In this document: positions 20,276 through 29,379 of the stretch, in pieces
Numbering within the stretch: position 1 is the first letter of the stretch
Layout of the letters: each line of letters opens with the position of its first letter
Notes under the pieces: generated by a model
The model's database searches: none
The model's input: the letters and a program-made list of their open reading frames with translations, nothing else
Told to the model about the DNA's origin: nothing
NCBI GenBank assembly: GCA_963828735.1
Contig: CAWHFW010000001.1
Span: forward strand, 1-64,000
Reading direction: 5' to 3'
Length of the DNA: 64,000 nt
Origin: an uncultured Gemmatimonadales bacterium
GTDB taxonomy: Bacteria; Gemmatimonadota; Gemmatimonadetes; Gemmatimonadales; GWC2-71-9
Program-made: the position numbers and the translations under genes

Positions 20276-21614
20276 CACGTACGTCGGCCGCTCGGCGCCC
20301 TGGAGCCAGGAGGCCGAGCAGGCGGTGCTGGCGGCGATGCTGCTCGACCAGGACGCGGCGCTTCGGGCCGCGGAGATGGTCGACGACACCATGTTCTACC
20401 GGGAGGGGCATCGCCGCCTCTTCCGGGCGATGCTGGCGCTCACCGAGCGTCGGGTGGTCATCGACCACATCACGCTGCGCGACGAGCTGCTCCGACGGGG
20501 CGACCTCGACGCCGCGGGCGGCCTCGAGTACCTGGGCGAGCTGGTGGACGCGGTGCCCACCGCGGCCAATCTGGAATTCCACGCCAAGATCGTTCGCGAC
20601 AAGGCCATCCTCCGCCGCCTGATCGAGGCGAGCACCTCCATCATCACCGAAGCCTACGACGGCCACTCGACGGCGGTCGATCTGCTGGACGTCGCCGAGT
20701 CGAAGATCTTCACGATCTCGCAGCAGCGCGGGAACGACGGGTTCACGCGCATCAAGGAGATGCTGTGGCCGACGATGGAGCGCATCGAAACGCTCCAGCG
20801 CAGCGGGAAAGCGATTACCGGTGTGCCGAGCGGCTTCATAGACTTGGACTCGCTCACGTCGGGGTTCCAGACGTCGGAGCTGGTGGTGGTGGCCGCCCGG
20901 CCGTCGATGGGCAAGACGGCGTTCTGCCTCAACATCGCGGCCAACGCGGCCAGCGAGGGGCAGGGTGTCGCCATCTTCTCGCTGGAAATGTCGAAGGAGG
21001 CGCTGGTCCAGCGCATGCTCACGGCCACGGCGCGGGTGGACAGCCACCGCGTGCGGCAGGGCACGCTGCGAGACTCGGATTTCACCCAGCTCGCCCGTGC
21101 GGCCGGCATCCTCCAGACCTATCAGCTCTGGATCGACGACACGCCGTCGCTCACGCTGCTCGAGATGCGCTCCAAGGCGCGCCGCCTCAAGATCGACAAC
21201 GATCTGCGGCTCATCGTGGTGGACTACCTCCAGCTCATGCGGAGCCCTGAGTACGCGGAGAACCGGGTGCAGGAGATCTCGGACATCTCGCGCTCGCTCA
21301 AGGCGCTGGCCCGCGAGCTCCAGATTCCCGTCATCGCGCTGTCGCAGCTCTCTCGAGCGTCGGAGCAGCGCGGCGGGGAGCGGAAGCCGATCCTGTCCGA
21401 CCTCAGGGACTCGGGGGCCATCGAGCAGGACGCGGACCTGGTGATCTTCATCCACCGGCCCGAGTACTACGACCGCGAGGACGAGACCAAGCGGGGGCTC
21501 GCCGAGGTGATGCTGGCGAAGAACCGCAACGGGCCGACCGGGGACGTGCAGCTCAGGTTTGTCCGCGAGTACACGCGATTCGACAACATGTCGAACCGGG
21601 AGGATCCGGAGTGA
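20238..21614 (+). CDS. dnaB: Replicative DNA helicase
   Basis: AEQAVL, AARPSMGKT, FSLEM, VDYLQLM, LSQLSR, DLRDSGAIEQDAD. No intein. Confidence 0.97.
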   Translation: MTSVSPDNFSTADTYVGRSAPWSQEAEQAVLAAMLLDQDAALRAAEMVDDTMFYREGHRRLFRAMLALTERRVVIDHITLRDELLRRGDLDAAGGLEYLGELVDAVPTAANLEFHAKIVRDKAILRRLIEASTSIITEAYDGHSTAVDLLDVAESKIFTISQQRGNDGFTRIKEMLWPTMERIETLQRSGKAITGVPSGFIDLDSLTSGFQTSELVVVAARPSMGKTAFCLNIAANAASEGQGVAIFSLEMSKEALVQRMLTATARVDSHRVRQGTLRDSDFTQLARAAGILQTYQLWIDDTPSLTLLEMRSKARRLKIDNDLRLIVVDYLQLMRSPEYAENRVQEISDISRSLKALARELQIPVIALSQLSRASEQRGGERKPILSDLRDSGAIEQDADLVIFIHRPEYYDREDETKRGLAEVMLAKNRNGPTGDVQLRFVREYTRFDNMSNREDPE

Positions 21615-21640
21615 GGACGGTCGCGCGAATGCTCGTCCGC

Positions 21641-21668
21641 TTGCCCGGCCGCCCGATCGTCCTACCAT
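21641..21668 (+). promoter_or_regulatory. Putative sigma70 promoter for radA, leaderless geometry
   Basis: TTGCCC-N16-TACCAT, then 6 nt to ATG 21675. No SD. Confidence 0.5.
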
Positions 21669-21674
21669 CCATCC

Positions 21675-23048
21675 ATGCCTAAGCCGAAATCCGTCTACCG
21701 CTGCACCGAGTGCGGCCACGAGCACCCCAAGTGGGTGGGGCGATGCGAGGCCTGCAACGCGTGGAATGCCGTCGCCGAAGAGCCGGTGCTCGCGCGCGCA
21801 CCGGCGCGCGGGGCGGCCACGCGCGGCTCACCGCGCGTGCCAGCCGCCGAGGCTCCGGCCCGCCTGCGCGACGTCGCAACGCATCCGTTGGCCCGCTGGC
21901 GGACGGGCCTTCCCGAGTTCGACTTCGTCCTGGGCGGCGGCCTGGTTCCCGGCTCGATGATCCTGATCGGCGGGGAGCCCGGCATCGGCAAGTCCACGCT
22001 GCTGCTCCAGGCGGCCGCCCGGCTCGAGACCGGTGGCCGCACGGTGCTCTACACGAGCGGGGAGGAGTCGCCGGACCAGATCCGGCTCCGCGCGGAGCGG
22101 CTCGTGGACGAGGATGCAGGCGCCGTCCACGTGCTCGGTGAGACGCGTCTCGAGGCCATTCTGGGCGCGGCGGCGGCCGTGCGCGCGGAGATCGTGGTCA
22201 TCGACTCGATCCAGACGGTCTACACCGATGCCCTCGAGAGCGCGCCCGGGAACGTCGGCCAGGTGCGCGAGTGCTCCGGGCAGCTCATGCGCTTCGCCAA
22301 GGAGAGCGGGACGGCGGTCGTGGTCGTCGGCCACGTGACCAAGGGCGGCGGCATCGCGGGCCCGAAGACGCTCGAGCACATCGTGGATACCGTGCTCTAC
22401 TTCGAGGGCGAAGCCACGCTCGACTACCGCCTGCTCCGGACCACCAAGAATCGCTTCGGCTCGGTGGACGAGCTCGGTGTGTTCTCGATGACCGAGCATG
22501 GCCTCGTGGCGGTGCCCAATCCATCGGCCGTGTTCCTGGCGGCCCGGGCGGAGGGGATCAGCGGCAGCGCCGTCACGGCCCTGATGGAAGGCACCCGCCC
22601 CGTGCTGGTCGAAGTGCAGGCGCTCGCCGCGAAGTCGGGCTACGGCACCCCGCAGCGCGTGGCCACCGGCCTCGACCCGAAGCGCCTCGCCGTCCTTCTC
22701 GCCGTGCTCGAGCGGCGGGCCCAAACCTCCTTTGCCGACCTCGATGTCTTCGTGCAGGTCACGGCCGGCGTCCGGCTGAGCGAGCCGGGCGCGGACCTCG
22801 CCGTCGCGGCGGCGCTGGTCTCGAGCCTCTACAACCGGCCCGCGCCGCGCGACGTGCTGTTCCTCGGCGAGATCGGTCTGGGCGGCGAGATTCGCCCCAG
22901 TGGCGCGCTCGAGCGCCGCATTGCCGAGGCCGCCCGGCTCGGGTTCCGCCGGGTGTTCGGCTCGTCGCGGAACGGCGCGCAGGTCGCGGGGGTGTCGATG
23001 GTCGGGCTCGACCACGTCGAGCAATTGGTGCGGGCGCTTGCCGCGTGA
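21675..23048 (+). CDS. radA: DNA repair protein RadA/Sms
   Basis: CTECG..KWVGRCEAC, GGEPGIGKSTLLLQ, KNRFG. Confidence 0.97.
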   Translation: MPKPKSVYRCTECGHEHPKWVGRCEACNAWNAVAEEPVLARAPARGAATRGSPRVPAAEAPARLRDVATHPLARWRTGLPEFDFVLGGGLVPGSMILIGGEPGIGKSTLLLQAAARLETGGRTVLYTSGEESPDQIRLRAERLVDEDAGAVHVLGETRLEAILGAAAAVRAEIVVIDSIQTVYTDALESAPGNVGQVRECSGQLMRFAKESGTAVVVVGHVTKGGGIAGPKTLEHIVDTVLYFEGEATLDYRLLRTTKNRFGSVDELGVFSMTEHGLVAVPNPSAVFLAARAEGISGSAVTALMEGTRPVLVEVQALAAKSGYGTPQRVATGLDPKRLAVLLAVLERRAQTSFADLDVFVQVTAGVRLSEPGADLAVAAALVSSLYNRPAPRDVLFLGEIGLGGEIRPSGALERRIAEAARLGFRRVFGSSRNGAQVAGVSMVGLDHVEQLVRALAA

Positions 23049-23727
23049 CGTCGGCGTCGTCGTCGTAGCCGCCGGGCGGGGGACGCGGCTCGGCGGCGAA
23101 ATGCCGAAACAGTATCAGCCGATCGCGGGCATCCCCATGGTCCTTCGCGCGCTCCGGCCGTTCGCCTCGCATCCCGACGTCGGGCAGATCGCCCTGGTGC
23201 TCCCGCCCGAGGACGCCGGCTCCCCTCCCGACTTCCTCCGCGATCTTGGCGCCGGCCTCACGTTGGTCGCCGGCGGGGCCGAGCGCGCGGATTCCGTGGC
23301 CGCGGGCGTCGCGGCGCTGCGCCCGGAGTGCACGACGGTGCTGGTGCACGACGCGGCGCGGCCCTTCGTCGCGCGGCGCGTCATCGACGAAGTGATCGCG
23401 CTCGCTCGCGCGGGCGAGGGGGCGGTCGCCGCCATCCGCGTGAGCGACACCGTCAAGGAGGCGGCCGCGGACGATGCCACCCGGGTGGCGCGCACGGTGC
23501 CGCGCGATGGCCTCTGGCGTGCGCAGACCCCGCAGGGATTCCCGCGCCACGTGCTCGAGCGCGCATTCGCGGCCGCGCCGCGCGATGCGGCCGCGACCGA
23601 TGACGCCGCGCTGGTGGAGCGAACCGGCGTGACCGTCCGCCTGGTGGCGGATTCACCGCGCAATCTCAAGGTCACCACTGCGGAGGATCTCGCCCTCGCA
23701 GAGCTGCTCGCCCGGCACGGCGAATGA
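23038..23727 (+). CDS. ispD: 2-C-methyl-D-erythritol 4-phosphate cytidylyltransferase
   Basis: AAGRGTRL..PKQY, GGAERADSV, VHDAARP, AQTPQGF, TDDA, NLKVTT. Confidence 0.95.
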   Translation: MPRDVGVVVVAAGRGTRLGGEMPKQYQPIAGIPMVLRALRPFASHPDVGQIALVLPPEDAGSPPDFLRDLGAGLTLVAGGAERADSVAAGVAALRPECTTVLVHDAARPFVARRVIDEVIALARAGEGAVAAIRVSDTVKEAAADDATRVARTVPRDGLWRAQTPQGFPRHVLERAFAAAPRDAAATDDAALVERTGVTVRLVADSPRNLKVTTAEDLALAELLARHGE

Positions 23728-24374
23728 TCCTCCCCTTCCAGACCCCTGAGCAGATCGACGCGGCCATCCCGCCGGTTGCGGCGCACCTGGCCGGCGGCGG
23801 GCTGCTGGGCTACCCCACCGAAACCGTGTACGGCCTGGGCTCCTCGGCGAGCATGCCCGCGCTCGACGCGCTCGCGCGGCTCAAGGGCCGTCAGCCCGGC
23901 AAGCCGTTCCTGCTTCTCGTCTCGGGCCGTCTCATGGCGGAGGCGTGGGGCCTGGTGTTCACGGCATCCGCCCGCGCGCTGTCGGACGTATTCTGGCCCG
24001 GCCCGCTCACGCTCGTGCTTCGCGGCGGGGAAGGGAAGCTCCCCGATTCCTTGCGAGGCCGCGAAGGCGGCATCGCGGTGCGCCACACGTCACACCGCGG
24101 CATCGAGCGGCTGGTGGCGCAAAGCGGACAGCCGCTCACGTCCACCTCGGCGAATCGTCCCGGTGGCCCTCCCGCGCCCGGTCCCGACAAGCTGGCCGAG
24201 TTGTTCAAGGACGACGTGGATTCGGGCCTGCTGCTGGTGCTCGATGGCGGCGTGCTCGGCAACGTGCCACCCTCGACGCTGGTCGACTGCACCGAGTCCG
24301 TGCCGCGCATGGTGCGCGAGGGCGCCATCCCGCGGGGGGAGCTGCGACGGGCCGCCGGGCGGCTCGCGCCATGA
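23724..24374 (+). CDS. tsaC: Threonylcarbamoyl-AMP synthase (TsaC/Sua5/YwlC)
   Basis: YPTETVYGLG, KGR..KP, FWPGPLT, STSAN, PSTLVD. Confidence 0.9.
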   Translation: MILPFQTPEQIDAAIPPVAAHLAGGGLLGYPTETVYGLGSSASMPALDALARLKGRQPGKPFLLLVSGRLMAEAWGLVFTASARALSDVFWPGPLTLVLRGGEGKLPDSLRGREGGIAVRHTSHRGIERLVAQSGQPLTSTSANRPGGPPAPGPDKLAELFKDDVDSGLLLVLDGGVLGNVPPSTLVDCTESVPRMVREGAIPRGELRRAAGRLAP

Positions 24375-24387
24375 GTATGTTTCGCGC

Positions 24388-24852
24388 ATGAGCACCCACG
24401 TTCTTTTCGTCTGCACCGGCAACACCTGTCGCAGCCCAATGGCCGAGGGGCTTCTCCGCGAGGCCATCACCGCGCGCGCGCTCGATCAGGTCAGCGTTTC
24501 GTCCGCCGGCACCGGCGCCTGGGACGGCGCGCCGGTGTCCGAAGGCGCGTATCTCGTCGGGCTCGAGAATGGTCTCGATCTGAGCGGCCACCGCGCGCGC
24601 CTGCTGACGCGCGAGGTGGTCCGAGGCGCCGATCTGATTCTGGTGATGTCGGGTCATCACCTCGCGCGTGTCGCCGAGCTGGGCGGCGAGGACAAGGTGC
24701 ACCTGCTCGGCGCCTATGCGGGCCGTGACGAGGGTCGCACCGAGGTCAACGATCCGTACGGGTCGGACCTCGCCAGCTATCGCGCCACCTTCGCCGAGCT
24801 GCAGGAGCTCATCTCCACCGTCGTGAGCAGGGTCGCCGGCACGGTGCGGTGA
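24388..24852 (+). CDS. Low-molecular-weight protein phosphatase, YwlE-like (probable phosphoarginine phosphatase)
   Basis: FVCTGNTCRSPMAE, SAGT, DPYG. Confidence 0.85.
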   Translation: MSTHVLFVCTGNTCRSPMAEGLLREAITARALDQVSVSSAGTGAWDGAPVSEGAYLVGLENGLDLSGHRARLLTREVVRGADLILVMSGHHLARVAELGGEDKVHLLGAYAGRDEGRTEVNDPYGSDLASYRATFAELQELISTVVSRVAGTVR

Positions 24853-25649
24853 TCAACGGCGCCACGCGCGTGTTCGCCATCCTGGGCGATCCGGTCGCGC
24901 ATTCCCTTTCGCCGGCCATGCAGAATGCCGCCTTTCGGGTCCTCGGGCTGCAGGCGGTGTACGTGCCCATCCGATGCGCCCCGGAGGACGTGCCCGCGCT
25001 CATCCGGGCGTTGAGTCGCGCGGGCGGCGGCGGCAACATCACCGTGCCGCACAAGGAAGTGGCCGCGCGGGCGGTGGATGTCCCCCGGCCGACCGTCGAG
25101 CGGCTCGGCGCGTGCAACGCCTTCTGGGGCGAGAATGGCGCCTGCGTGGGCGACAACACCGACGTGCCCGGGCTTCTCGCCGCGCTCGACGACCTCGAGG
25201 CCCCGCCCGGTCCGTGGCTGGTGCTCGGCACCGGGGGCGGCGCGCGCGCGGCCGTGGGCGCCGCCCGCGAGCGCAACGTCGCGGTGTCGGTGGCGTCGCG
25301 ATCCGCCGATCGGAGACGCCGATTCGAGGAGTGGACGGCCTCCCAGAGCGTGCGTTCCGCCGACGCAGCCGACTGCGCGGTCGTGATCAACACGACCCCG
25401 CTCGGCCTGACGCCGGGAGATCCGCTCCCCCTGCGAGAGCCGCCCGCCGCTGGTACGGTGGCCCTCGACATGGTGTACGCCGCTGGCGAAACCGCGTGGG
25501 TGCGGGCGATGCGCGCCGCCGGACTGCGGGCGGCGGACGGCCGCGCGATGCTGGTGGCGCAGGGCGCCGCCACGCTGGAGCAGTGGTATCCCGGAGTGCG
25601 TGCCCCGGTCGAGGTGATGCGCGCCGCCGTCAATGCGCGGCTTCGCTGA
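24849..25649 (+). CDS. aroE: Shikimate dehydrogenase
   Basis: GDPVAHSLSPAMQN, NITVPHK, GACN, NTD, DMVY, DGRAMLVAQG. Confidence 0.92.
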   Translation: MINGATRVFAILGDPVAHSLSPAMQNAAFRVLGLQAVYVPIRCAPEDVPALIRALSRAGGGGNITVPHKEVAARAVDVPRPTVERLGACNAFWGENGACVGDNTDVPGLLAALDDLEAPPGPWLVLGTGGGARAAVGAARERNVAVSVASRSADRRRRFEEWTASQSVRSADAADCAVVINTTPLGLTPGDPLPLREPPAAGTVALDMVYAAGETAWVRAMRAAGLRAADGRAMLVAQGAATLEQWYPGVRAPVEVMRAAVNARLR

Positions 25650-26352
25650 GACCCTCGCCGGCGTCGAACGCTGGCTGCTGCCGCCGGCGTGCCTCCTGTG
25701 CCAGGCGCCGGTGCCGCCCAGGCAGGGCGACGCGCTGGTGTGCGAGCTCTGCCGCTCGCGCTGGGAACCCGTGACGGGCCCGGTCTGTACCCGCTGCGGA
25801 CAGCCGGCATTCGGCGACCTGGCGTGCCGACTATGCGCGACCTGGCCCGAGGGCCTCACGAGGGTGCGGAGCGCCGTCTGGCTTCGCGGCTCGGCGCGCA
25901 ACGCGGTGCACTCGCTCAAGTACGAGGGCTGGTGGCGCGTCGCCGACGCTCTGGCCGACGCGATGGGCGGGCTGGAGCCATTGACCGGGCAGGTATGCTT
26001 GATACCGGTCCCGCTGGGCGCGCGCCGGCTCCGGACTCGTGGCTACAACCAGAGCGAGCGGATCGCCCGGGCGCTCGGGGCCCGTATCCGCCGGCCCGTC
26101 CGGCCGGAGCTGCTCCGCCGGCGGCGGGAGACACGAACCCAGACCGCGCTTACACCCGAAGGCCGGCAGGCCAACGTCGCGGGCGCCTTCGAGGCTCTCG
26201 ACGTGACCGGGCTGGCGTGCGTTCTGGTCGACGACGTCTTCACGACAGGGGCCACGCTCGCCGAGGCGGGGTCCGCGCTCAGTCGGGGAGGGGCGTCTCG
26301 GGTGGAGGCAGTGACGTTCGCGCGGGCGGAGCCGCCGGTTTCGCTCGCGTAG
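25633..26352 (+). CDS. comF: ComF family (double zinc ribbon + PRTase)
   Basis: CLLC, CELC, CTRC and CRLC pairs; RGYNQS; LVDDVFTTGAT. Confidence 0.9.
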   Translation: MRGFAETLAGVERWLLPPACLLCQAPVPPRQGDALVCELCRSRWEPVTGPVCTRCGQPAFGDLACRLCATWPEGLTRVRSAVWLRGSARNAVHSLKYEGWWRVADALADAMGGLEPLTGQVCLIPVPLGARRLRTRGYNQSERIARALGARIRRPVRPELLRRRRETRTQTALTPEGRQANVAGAFEALDVTGLACVLVDDVFTTGATLAEAGSALSRGGASRVEAVTFARAEPPVSLA

Positions 26353-26370
26353 GCAACCAACGAAGGAGAG

Positions 26371-27387
26371 ATGATGGCGATTCGAGTGGGCATCAACGGC
26401 TTCGGCCGCATCGGTCGCAACGTGGTCCGCGCCGCGCAGGCGATGGGCGTGACGGAGCTGGACTTCGTCGCCGTCAACGACATCACGGACACCGCCACGC
26501 TCGCCCATCTGCTGAAGTACGATTCCGTCCACGGCCGCTTTCCGGCCGACGTCGCCGCCGAGAAGGACGGCATCGTGGTCGGCGGCAACTCGATGCGCGT
26601 GCTCGCCGAGAAGGACCCGGCCAAGCTGCCGTGGAAGGAGCTCGGCGTCGACGTCGTGCTCGAGTCCACGGGCCGGTTCACCGACCGCGACCAGGCCGCG
26701 CTCCACCTTCAGGGCGGCGCCAAGAAGGTGATCATCTCGGCGCCGGCCAAGAAGGAAGACATCACGATCGTCTACGGCGTGAACCACGAGGCCTACGACG
26801 CCGGCAAGCACCACGTGCTGTCGAATGCGAGCTGCACGACGAATTGTCTCGTGCCGGTCGTGAAGGTGATCCTCGACCGCTTCGGCTTCGTGAACGGGTT
26901 CATGACCACGGTGCACTCCTACACGAACGACCAGCAGATCCTCGACCTGCCGCACAAGGATCTTCGGCGCGCCCGTGCCGCCGCGCTCTCGATCATCCCC
27001 ACGACGACCGGCGCCGCCAAGGCGACGTCGCTCGTCCTGCCGCAGGTGAAAGGCAAGATCGACGGAGTCTCGCTCCGCGTCCCCACGCCCGACGTGTCGG
27101 TGGTCGCTCTCTCGTGCACGGTGGAGCGGACCACGTCGGCGGACGAGGTGAACACGGCGTTCCGGGAAGCGGCCAAGAGCGGGCCGCTCAAGGGCATCCT
27201 GGCGGTGAGCGAGGAGCCGCTGGTCTCGGTGGACTACATCGGATCGCTCCAGTCGAGCACGCTGGACGCGCTCTCGACCAACGTGGTGGGCGGCACGCTG
27301 GTGAACGTGACCAGCTGGTATGACAACGAAATGGGCTACTCGGCGCGCTGCGTGGACCTGCTGCGCTACGTGGGCCAGCGGCTGTGA
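26371..27387 (+). CDS. gap: Type I glyceraldehyde-3-phosphate dehydrogenase
   Basis: [33 protein letters not shown]. Confidence 0.98.
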   Translation: MMAIRVGINGFGRIGRNVVRAAQAMGVTELDFVAVNDITDTATLAHLLKYDSVHGRFPADVAAEKDGIVVGGNSMRVLAEKDPAKLPWKELGVDVVLESTGRFTDRDQAALHLQGGAKKVIISAPAKKEDITIVYGVNHEAYDAGKHHVLSNASCTTNCLVPVVKVILDRFGFVNGFMTTVHSYTNDQQILDLPHKDLRRARAAALSIIPTTTGAAKATSLVLPQVKGKIDGVSLRVPTPDVSVVALSCTVERTTSADEVNTAFREAAKSGPLKGILAVSEEPLVSVDYIGSLQSSTLDALSTNVVGGTLVNVTSWYDNEMGYSARCVDLLRYVGQRL

Positions 27388-28574
27388 AGCGGACGCTCGA
27401 GTCGCTGGACCCCGCGGCCATCGAGGGCAGGCGAGCCCTGGTCCGGGTGGACTTCAACACTCCCGTCAAGGACGGGGCGGTCACCGACAATACCCGCATT
27501 CGGGCCGCTCTCCCGACGATCAAGTATCTCCGCGACCGCGGCGCGCGGGTTGTACTCCTCTCTCATCTGGGCCGTCCGAAAGGCGGCCCGGACCCCAAAT
27601 ACTCCATGCAGCCCGTCGTGCGCGAGCTCGAGCGCTTGCTCGGTGCGCCTGTGACGTTCCTCGCCGACCCCACCTCCGACGACGCGGTGACGGCGACGCG
27701 GAGACTTCCGCGCGGCGGCGTCGCGGTGGGCGAGAACACGCGCTTCTGGCCGGGGGAGGAGCAGAACGACCGGAGCCTCGCCGAGCGCTTCGCCGCGTTG
27801 GGCGACTTCTACGTGAACGACGCGTTCGGCTCCGCCCATCGGGCGCACGCGAGCACCGAGGCCGTGGCCCGCCTGCTCAAGCCCGCGGTGAGCGGCTTCC
27901 TCATGCAGCAGGAGCTGCGCTACCTGGGTGATGCGCTACGCCAGCCCAAACGGCCGTTCGTCGCGGTGCTCGGAGGCGCGAAGATCAGCGGCAAGATCGA
28001 TCTGATCGAAGCGCTGCTGCCCAAGACGGATGCCATCCTCCTGGGCGGCGCCATGGCCTGCACCTTCTTCCGCGCCATGGGTCTCGAGACGGGGAACTCG
28101 CTCGTCGAAGAGGACCGCCTCAACCTGGCGCGCGAGCTCATGGCGAAGGCGGGCGCCAAGCTCGTGCTGCCCTCCGGCGCCGTGATCGCGCGGACGCTCG
28201 AGGCCGGCGCCGAGACTCGGGCCGTGGGCCGGGACGCGATCCCCGTAGGATGGGCGGTCTATGATATCGATCCGGCGACCGAGCAGGACTTCGCCTCGCG
28301 GATCGGTGGCGCGGGCACGGTGGTGTGGAACGGTCCGATGGGCGTGTTCGAGACCCCGCCGTTCGACCACGGCACGCTGGCGGTCGCCCGTGCCATGGCC
28401 GAGGCCACCGGGAGAGGCGCCGTCACCGTCATCGGCGGGGGCGATTCCGCGGCCGCCGTCGCGCAGGCGGGCCTGTCCGAGCGCATCACCCACGTGTCGA
28501 CCGGCGGCGGGGCCTCGCTCGAGTTCCTGGAAGGCAAGGAGCTGCCAGGCGTCGCCGCGCTCGATGACGTCTGA
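27384..28574 (+). CDS. pgk: Phosphoglycerate kinase
   Basis: [50 protein letters not shown]. Confidence 0.98.
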   Translation: MKRTLESLDPAAIEGRRALVRVDFNTPVKDGAVTDNTRIRAALPTIKYLRDRGARVVLLSHLGRPKGGPDPKYSMQPVVRELERLLGAPVTFLADPTSDDAVTATRRLPRGGVAVGENTRFWPGEEQNDRSLAERFAALGDFYVNDAFGSAHRAHASTEAVARLLKPAVSGFLMQQELRYLGDALRQPKRPFVAVLGGAKISGKIDLIEALLPKTDAILLGGAMACTFFRAMGLETGNSLVEEDRLNLARELMAKAGAKLVLPSGAVIARTLEAGAETRAVGRDAIPVGWAVYDIDPATEQDFASRIGGAGTVVWNGPMGVFETPPFDHGTLAVARAMAEATGRGAVTVIGGGDSAAAVAQAGLSERITHVSTGGGASLEFLEGKELPGVAALDDV

Positions 28575-28587
28575 GATTCCCGACGCC

Positions 28588-29349
28588 ATGACCGCGCGCC
28601 CGCTGATCTACGCCGCCAACTGGAAGATGAACCACGGCCCCGCCGCCGCGACGGCGTTCGCGGAGCGCTTTCTCGACCTGACCGCCCCCTCGCCGGATCG
28701 GAGCCTCTGGTTCTTTCCACCGGCCGTCTCGCTGGCCGCCGTCGCCCATGCGGTCCGATCGCGCCCGGACATCCGGGTCGGCGCGCAGAACGTGCACTGG
28801 GAGCCGAAGGGCGCATTCACCGGTGAGCTATCCACCTCGATGGTCCAGGAGTCGGGGGCAACAGTCGTCCTGGTGGGCCACTCGGAGCGGCGCCATCTGT
28901 TCGGGGAGACCGACGAGCAGGTCGCGCGGAAGACGGTGACCGTGCTCAAGGCGGGACTCGGGCCGCTCGTCTGCGTCGGCGAAACATTGGCCGAGCGCGA
29001 AGGTGGCCGCACGGAGGCCGTGATCCAGCGGCAGCTCGAGCCGTTGCTGGACAAGGTGCCCGGCGAGCAGTGGGGGCGGCTGGTGATCGCGTACGAGCCC
29101 GTCTGGGCCATCGGCACCGGCAGGAACGCCACTCCCGACGACGCCGCGCAGGTCCACGAGCTCATCCGCTTCATGGTGAGGCAGCGAGGCGTTCCTGGCC
29201 GCGTGCCGATTCTCTACGGTGGGAGCGTCAACGCGGGCAACGTGCTCGCGCTGCTCGCCCGGCCCGAGCTGGACGGGGTACTGGTCGGTGGGGCCAGCCT
29301 GGCCGCCGACGGCTGGGCTGAACTGGTGGGACTGGGCGGCACCTCCTAG
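28588..29349 (+). CDS. tpiA: Triosephosphate isomerase
   Basis: [40 protein letters not shown]. Confidence 0.97.
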   Translation: MTARPLIYAANWKMNHGPAAATAFAERFLDLTAPSPDRSLWFFPPAVSLAAVAHAVRSRPDIRVGAQNVHWEPKGAFTGELSTSMVQESGATVVLVGHSERRHLFGETDEQVARKTVTVLKAGLGPLVCVGETLAEREGGRTEAVIQRQLEPLLDKVPGEQWGRLVIAYEPVWAIGTGRNATPDDAAQVHELIRFMVRQRGVPGRVPILYGGSVNAGNVLALLARPELDGVLVGGASLAADGWAELVGLGGTS

Positions 29350-29379
29350 CTTTCCGCATCCCCTCACAGGAGCCGGCGC

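Noticed and set aside
20238..21614. Intein in DnaB
   Set aside because: Normal length (458 aa) with contiguous motifs.
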